A stretch of 61,477 nt of DNA, taken from assembly GCA_964639795.1 (NCBI GenBank), contig CAZXFE010000001.1, positions 1-61,477 on the forward strand, in the 5' to 3' direction. How positions within the stretch are numbered: the first letter of the stretch is position 1; every line of letters starts with the position of its first letter. This DNA is from an uncultured Enterobacteriaceae bacterium (GTDB taxonomy: Bacteria > Desulfobacterota > Binatia > Bin18). A program made the translations under genes and the position numbers. Positions 56,579-61,477 of this stretch are shown here, piece after piece. Below the pieces are notes generated by a model. That model made no database searches. It was given only the letters and a program-made list of their open reading frames with translations, and was not told the origin of the DNA.

Positions 56579-56647
56579 CATCTGGGTAACGGTATGGTGA
56601 GATGTACGTTCATTGAAACACTACACTCTATAAACGGATGAGCATCG

Positions 56648-56809
56648 ATGAAAAGGACTTATCAACCAAGCAATACCAGTCGAAAACGCACGCACGGCTT
56701 TCTGGTTCGCATGAGGGCTGCGGGCGGACGTGCGGTCATCAAACGTCGTCGCGCGAAAGGGCGCAAACGATTAAGCGTTTTGATACCGCCAAAACAAGCA
56801 CGACGCTGA
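56648..56809 (+). CDS. rpmH: 50S ribosomal protein L34 (with a C-terminal extension)
   Basis: [53 protein letters not shown]. Too short to appear in the ORF track. Confidence 0.85.
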   Translation: MKRTYQPSNTSRKRTHGFLVRMRAAGGRAVIKRRRAKGRKRLSVLIPPKQARR

Positions 56810-57156
56810 CCACCGAGTACGGCAGGTACGCTTTTCCAAAAACGGCCCGCCTCCGCGTTCGTCGAGAGTTTCTCGCTATCCAAAAGACGGGGAAGCGACG
56901 GCAGAGCCGTCACTTCGTCGTTATCACGGCCTCTGCACAGCAGCACCAATCACGTCTCGGCATAACGGCCTCTCGTCGATTCGGGAAGGCGGTTACTCGG
57001 AACAGAATGAAGCGGATGCTGCGCGAATTTTTTCGGATGCGGCAGGGGCGCATTACGCCAGCACGTGATATCTTGCTTATCCCGAAATCAGTGGCGAAAG
57101 AGCTATCTTTTGCGCAGATAGTCAAGGAACTAGAGAGGGTTCTTCCCATTGCTTAA
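56806..57156 (+). CDS. rnpA: ribonuclease P protein component (start codon unresolved)
   Basis: C-terminal part of track ORF 56638..57156 ([47 protein letters not shown]). No ATG, GTG or TTG is in frame near the expected start. Confidence 0.75.
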   Translation: MTTEYGRYAFPKTARLRVRREFLAIQKTGKRRQSRHFVVITASAQQHQSRLGITASRRFGKAVTRNRMKRMLREFFRMRQGRITPARDILLIPKSVAKELSFAQIVKELERVLPIA

Positions 57157-57427
57157 CCCACTGACCGAAATCTCTCGTACTCTGTTCGTGTTAGGCTTTC
57201 AAGGCACCGCTCGGTTTATTAAAGCAGTACTGCTCGGTGGACTGCGCGGATACCGTATGATGGTGTCTCCTGTACTTGGTTCGGCTTGTCGCTTCTATCC
57301 GAGTTGCTCTCAGTATGCGCTTGACTCGGTGGGAAAACATGGAGTGCTCAGAGGAATCGCGCTCTCAATTCAACGGCTGGCCAAATGCCACCCATGGCAT
57401 CCAGGCGGAGTAGACTTCGTGCCGTGA
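57149..57427 (+). CDS. yidD: membrane protein insertion efficiency factor YidD
   Basis: YRMMVSPVLGSACRFYPSCSQYALDSVGKHG..RLAKCHPWHPGGVD. Confidence 0.9.
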   Translation: MLNPLTEISRTLFVLGFQGTARFIKAVLLGGLRGYRMMVSPVLGSACRFYPSCSQYALDSVGKHGVLRGIALSIQRLAKCHPWHPGGVDFVP

Positions 57428-57455
57428 TCTACCTAACTATATTTTCAGAATTTCT

Positions 57456-59126
57456 ATGGATAATAAAAGCCTACTTGCTATTGTTCTGTGCATCCTGATT
57501 CTCATTGGATATCAGGCACTTATATCGTATATTTACCCTCGCCCGGACGCTCTTCCACCTGTACAAGGGTTCGCCCAGACCGATTCGGCCCCCCACCCCT
57601 CTGCAGTTCAACAGCCAATCTATCCTTCGCAACCACGGGAAGCAATTGAACAGGCTCCTTTTCAGCAGCAAAACCCCCCGCCAGTTTCGCTCCCAAAAGA
57701 ACGGGAAATTACTGTTGAAACCGAAACCTATAGGGCAGTGTTCACTTCTCTAGGCGGACGGCTGAAGAGTCTGCGCCTCAAGCAGTATCCAGAGAGTCTC
57801 AAACCCGACAGTCCTCTCTTGGAGATAGTCCACGTGGGTCCTTATGGAGAGCTTCCGTTCGCCGTCCGTATTGAAGGAAAAGACAGGACGCTCACTGACG
57901 TTACGATCCCATATGTGATCACAGGCGGGCCTCTCTTTCTCCTCGCCGAGGATCAGGGCAGCCTTATATTCTCAGGAGCAACTGAGGCTGGCGTGCATTT
58001 TACTAAAACCTTCTCTTTCTCCGGAGAAGGGCATGGAGTAGGACTTGAAGTTCAGGTCTCCGATATGCCGTTTAAGGCATCATCTCTCTCCTTGTCTTGG
58101 ATCGAAGAATCTCGTTCTGGAAGTCAATCAGGCTATTATAGTGTGTATGGCCCGGTTGCCCTTATCGGCAGAAAATTTCTGTATGAAAGCGCTTCGGATT
58201 GGGAAGCTGGAGAAATCTATGGACCGGGAAATATCCGCTGGGCTGGATTTACCAATAGTTATTTTTTGGCAGGAATGATGCCCTTAGGGGGCCAGCAGAA
58301 AGAAGCTGGAGACACGCGTCTCTTCTTCAGTGAGGACGACGGAACGTTTGAGGCGCGACTTTCTATTCCATGGAGCGGAGAAAACGTCTCTTATACGTTA
58401 TACCTTGGCCCAAAGGAGACATCTGCCCTCAATGCGGTCGATCCAGCCTTTGACCGTGCTATCGATTTTGGTTGGGCTCATTTCATTGCCCGACCATTAG
58501 TATTGCTGCTCAGAATGTTGTATTCAGCGACGGGCAACTATGGAGTTGCTATTATCTTACTGACCATAATGGTCAAGCTGGTATTCTTTCCGCTGAGCAA
58601 CAAAAGCTTTAAATCCATGTCGGCGATGAAGAAAATTCAACCTCAGATGGAACAATTACGCGAGCAACATAAGGATGATAAACAAAAGCTGAACCAGGAA
58701 ACAATGGATCTATACAAAAGATATAAGGTGAATCCGCTCGGCGGATGTATACCCATGCTGGTCCAGCTTCCCGTTTTCATCGGACTCTATCAGGGCTTGC
58801 TGTATGCGATTGAACTCCGCCAAGCCCCCTTTTTCGGCTGGATTTTGGATCTGTCACAGCCTGATCGACTTGGGGCGCTTGCCATTCCGTTTGTTGAGCC
58901 GCCGGGTATCCCGGTCCTGACATTGCTCATGGGTGGATCGATGCTTGTTCAACAGATGATGACCCCCACAACTGGGGATCCGATGCAGCAAAAAATGATG
59001 CTCCTTATGCCGGTGGTCTTCACAGCCATGTTCATCAGTTTTCCAGCTGGACTCGTACTGTATTGGCTCGTCAATAATGTCCTGAGTGTGGCCCAGCAAC
59101 ATTGGTATACGAAAAGATATACTTAA
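57456..59126 (+). CDS. yidC: membrane protein insertase YidC
   Basis: 556 aa. N-terminal TM helix, a large periplasmic domain and the conserved C-terminal 5-TM core (GVAIILLTIMVKLVFFPL, NPLGGCIPMLVQLPVF). Confidence 0.95.
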   Translation: MDNKSLLAIVLCILILIGYQALISYIYPRPDALPPVQGFAQTDSAPHPSAVQQPIYPSQPREAIEQAPFQQQNPPPVSLPKEREITVETETYRAVFTSLGGRLKSLRLKQYPESLKPDSPLLEIVHVGPYGELPFAVRIEGKDRTLTDVTIPYVITGGPLFLLAEDQGSLIFSGATEAGVHFTKTFSFSGEGHGVGLEVQVSDMPFKASSLSLSWIEESRSGSQSGYYSVYGPVALIGRKFLYESASDWEAGEIYGPGNIRWAGFTNSYFLAGMMPLGGQQKEAGDTRLFFSEDDGTFEARLSIPWSGENVSYTLYLGPKETSALNAVDPAFDRAIDFGWAHFIARPLVLLLRMLYSATGNYGVAIILLTIMVKLVFFPLSNKSFKSMSAMKKIQPQMEQLREQHKDDKQKLNQETMDLYKRYKVNPLGGCIPMLVQLPVFIGLYQGLLYAIELRQAPFFGWILDLSQPDRLGALAIPFVEPPGIPVLTLLMGGSMLVQQMMTPTTGDPMQQKMMLLMPVVFTAMFISFPAGLVLYWLVNNVLSVAQQHWYTKRYT

Positions 59127-59144
59127 TAAAAGGGGAAAGACGTA

Positions 59145-59924
59145 ATGACTGCTGTTGAAACCCAAGGATTAACGATTGAAGAGGCGGTTGCTTCTGCTCT
59201 CGCCCAACTTCATGCAGAACGACATCAGGTTGAGATCGAAATCATCGCCCAGGCGACCAAAGGATTTCTTGGTATTGGTAGGAAAAAGGCACGGGTCCGG
59301 GCAACACTCCGCAGTTCCCTCGCCCCTCAGGAGTTGGAACCTGAATCAACGACCCTAGATCCTTCGGAACAGCCTACTCGACGCCGTTCCATCTCCTCGG
59401 CATCAGATGCTCAACCTGCTCCAGTCTCCAAAGAGACTGGAGAAAAGGCGTGCCAGGCCCTCACAGAAACCCTGCGTCTTATGGGTATGGAAGTGCCGGT
59501 TTCGCTAGATGTCCAAGGGGCAGAAGCTGTTATCAACATAGACGACACCGTAGGTGGCTTGCTCATCGGTCGAAAAGGTCAAACGCTCGATGCGCTCGAA
59601 TATTTGCTCAACCGTGTGGTCGCACGGGGTGATGAAGAAGAGGCGCATCTCGTCCTGGATGCAGAAGGCTACCGAGAACGGCGTCGGCAGAGCCTCGAAA
59701 GTTTAGCCCTTCGCTTGGGAGAGCGGGCAAAACGCCGCAGGAAAACTGTGACCTTAAATCCGCTCAGTCCTCGTGATCGGCGCGTTGTGCATTTAGTTCT
59801 TGAAGACGACCCACTTGTCAACACCAGAAGTGTAGGGCGTGGGTATCTTCGGCGTCTCTCCATTGTTCCGGAGAACGGCGGTACTATCCGCCGCGAGCGG
59901 CCGCGAAGCGCTGCCCGCTCGTAA
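59145..59924 (+). CDS. jag: Jag/KhpB-like RNA-binding protein (Jag_N, KH, R3H)
   Basis: 259 aa. Jag N-terminal domain, a KH-like GGLLIGRKGQTLDALEYL, and an R3H motif (RRVVHLVLEDDPLVNTRSVG). Confidence 0.85.
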   Translation: MTAVETQGLTIEEAVASALAQLHAERHQVEIEIIAQATKGFLGIGRKKARVRATLRSSLAPQELEPESTTLDPSEQPTRRRSISSASDAQPAPVSKETGEKACQALTETLRLMGMEVPVSLDVQGAEAVINIDDTVGGLLIGRKGQTLDALEYLLNRVVARGDEEEAHLVLDAEGYRERRRQSLESLALRLGERAKRRRKTVTLNPLSPRDRRVVHLVLEDDPLVNTRSVGRGYLRRLSIVPENGGTIRRERPRSAARS

Positions 59925-59942
59925 TCTCTATAGCGAGGAGTC

Positions 59943-61361
59943 GTGTACGAACATGACACGATCGCAGCTATTGCCACTCCCCCAGGGCGAGGTGGAATTG
60001 CCATTATCAGAATCAGTGGCGCTCGTTCAGAAACCGTAATAAAAACACTGTTTCTACCCGATACGGCCTGGATAGAGCAGCATTCACACCACTTCTACCT
60101 CGGTAGGATTCTCGATAAGCCATACGGAACGCCAATTGATCAAGGGGCGATCATCCTTATGCGTGCCCCCAAAAGCTACACCTGTGAGAATACGGTGGAG
60201 GTGCACCTCCACGGCGGCAACTTTCTGACCCGTCGTGTATTGGAGTCTATTCTGTGCCAAGGCGTTCGCCTAGCTGAACCAGGAGAGTTTACCAAGCGAG
60301 CCTTTCTCAACGGACGCTTGGACCTAGCGCAGGCCGAGGCAGTTTTGGACCTCATTCAGGCTACAAATGAGACAGCGTTACACCTAGCCTGGGAGCACTT
60401 AGCCGGTCGACTGTCATACGCATGTGATGAAATTCGGGACAAGCTCCTCACACTGACTGCGCACCTCGAAGCCTTAATCGATTTTCCTGAAGAAGACATT
60501 CCTGAAAACAGCCAAGAGGATATGCAGAACGAACTAGCCAAAATTCGGGGTGATTTAGAAGCCTTAAAAGCGACATTCTCACAGGGCAAAATTTACCGAG
60601 ATGGAGTCCGAACTGCTATCGTTGGTAAACCCAATGTGGGAAAGTCAAGTTTGCTCAACATCCTAACAGGAACAGAACGGGCCATTGTTACAAAAGTCCC
60701 TGGCACAACTCGAGACATTCTTGAAGAAACAGTTCTCGTAAACGATATTCCTCTTGTGCTATGGGATACTGCGGGTATTCGACGCACAACGGACGAGGTT
60801 GAACAGATTGGCATTGAGCGCGCGCTGGCCGGGATCGAGCAGGCCGAGCTGATCCTTGCGGTTTTTGACGCTGCCCAACCGTTTGACACAAGTGATGCAA
60901 TGATTTGTGAAAAGCTCAGAGGGGAAAAGTGCATCCTCGTGGTCAACAAGAGCGATCTTCCTCAAGAACTTGATCCAGCTGACGTAATAAGCCGTATCGA
61001 TCAAGAACCTCTTATCCATATTTCTGCCAAATACGGGACCGGCATGAAAGATTTAGGAGAGCGAATCCAGAATGTTATCCTTGGAGACGGGATAGACCTG
61101 TTGGATGAGAAGAAAGGTGCCATGGGCAATAACGACGTTTTTAGTTATCCATTCATTACGAAAATGCGTCATCAAAGTGCGCTTGTGAAGACAACTCAAA
61201 GTCTTGAAAATGCAGAGTTTAGCCTTAAAGACGGCGTTCCTCTCGACCTCGTCGCTGTTGATCTACACACAAGCCTCGATCATATTGGAGAGATAACCGG
61301 ACACGTGAGTAGCGAAGATATCCTTGATCGCGTGTTCCGAGACTTTTGCATTGGCAAGTAG
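59943..61361 (+). CDS. mnmE: tRNA modification GTPase MnmE
   Basis: 472 aa. DTIAAIATPPGRGGIAIIRISG, GKPNVGKSSLLN, DTAGIR, C-terminal FCIGK. Confidence 0.95.
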   Translation: MYEHDTIAAIATPPGRGGIAIIRISGARSETVIKTLFLPDTAWIEQHSHHFYLGRILDKPYGTPIDQGAIILMRAPKSYTCENTVEVHLHGGNFLTRRVLESILCQGVRLAEPGEFTKRAFLNGRLDLAQAEAVLDLIQATNETALHLAWEHLAGRLSYACDEIRDKLLTLTAHLEALIDFPEEDIPENSQEDMQNELAKIRGDLEALKATFSQGKIYRDGVRTAIVGKPNVGKSSLLNILTGTERAIVTKVPGTTRDILEETVLVNDIPLVLWDTAGIRRTTDEVEQIGIERALAGIEQAELILAVFDAAQPFDTSDAMICEKLRGEKCILVVNKSDLPQELDPADVISRIDQEPLIHISAKYGTGMKDLGERIQNVILGDGIDLLDEKKGAMGNNDVFSYPFITKMRHQSALVKTTQSLENAEFSLKDGVPLDLVAVDLHTSLDHIGEITGHVSSEDILDRVFRDFCIGK

Positions 61362-61382
61362 CACGGAAGATAGTAGGGGTAT

Positions 61383-61477
61383 ATGGACTACGACGTTATA
61401 GTTGTCGGGGCGGGACATGCCGGAATAGAGGCCGCTCTTTCTGCTGCACGACTAGGTAGCAAAACCCTAATGCTCAC
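61383..61477 (+). CDS. mnmG: tRNA uridine 5-carboxymethylaminomethyl modification enzyme MnmG (5' end only)
   Basis: [31 protein letters not shown]. Runs off the window end. Confidence 0.9.
   Translation, partial: MDYDVIVVGAGHAGIEAALSAARLGSKTLML

Noticed and set aside
56638-56805. The full 172-aa track ORF as RnpA.
   Set aside because: Its first 56 codons overlap all of rpmH in another frame and are Ser/Thr/Arg-rich with no similarity to RnpA. The conserved RnpA core starts near 56810.
1-61477. Reassignment of TAG to a sense codon (Gln, Trp or Pyl), to explain six otherwise intact-looking genes with in-frame TAG.
   Set aside because: TAG is the apparent terminator of well-conserved genes at their expected lengths: lhr, tag, aroK, uvrC, the ArsC-like gene, the UGSC-like gene and mnmE. 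The mnmE TAG is followed within four codons by two more in-frame TAGs. Several TAG-bearing genes also carry frameshifts, and the inferred ancestral codons differ (CAG and TGG). Ordinary nonsense mutation is the simpler explanation. Read-through is still worth a proteomic check.
1-61477. tRNA, rRNA, tmRNA, RNase P RNA or SRP RNA genes.
   Set aside because: I found no T-loop/acceptor-type signatures (GGTTCGAATCC-like) or other hallmark motifs in the intergenic regions by eye. A covariance-model scan would be needed to be certain.

Overview
Bacterial chromosomal window. I saw no rRNA, tRNA or CRISPR array. The right end (56.6-61.5 kb) is the conserved rpmH-rnpA-yidD-yidC-jag-mnmE-mnmG block, preceded by an RNA methyltransferase, pgeF and gpsA. 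Four things stand out. (1) DNA repair, damage tolerance and replication restart genes are unusually concentrated in about 44 kb: lhr, uvrC, rnhA (frameshifted), a lexA-imuA-imuB-dnaE2 cassette, a DUF2461 gene, fpg/nei, a radical-SAM repair remnant, two xth paralogs, uvrB, polA, tag and priA. (2) Two probable selenoprotein genes have in-frame TGA at the expected Cys position: an ArsC-family reductase, and a UGSC-like protein in an operon with a cyclase-family protein and a 368-aa uncharacterised protein. (3) There is a very high load of recognisable but broken genes, carrying single in-frame TAG or TAA codons, 1-nt frameshifts, or deep decay. These include aroC lying between pilQ and aroK-aroB. 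(4) Mobile-element debris lies around 34.7-39.4 kb, including a direct repeat pair of about 130 bp that brackets tag and three unknown ORFs. A small ORF family (M-x-RD-x-EIR-x-DL-x-x-x-W-x-E) recurs three times. Coordinates taken from the ORF track are exact. Coordinates I derived by hand may be off by 1-2 nt; I found a 1-nt counting discrepancy near 54.72-54.82 kb.
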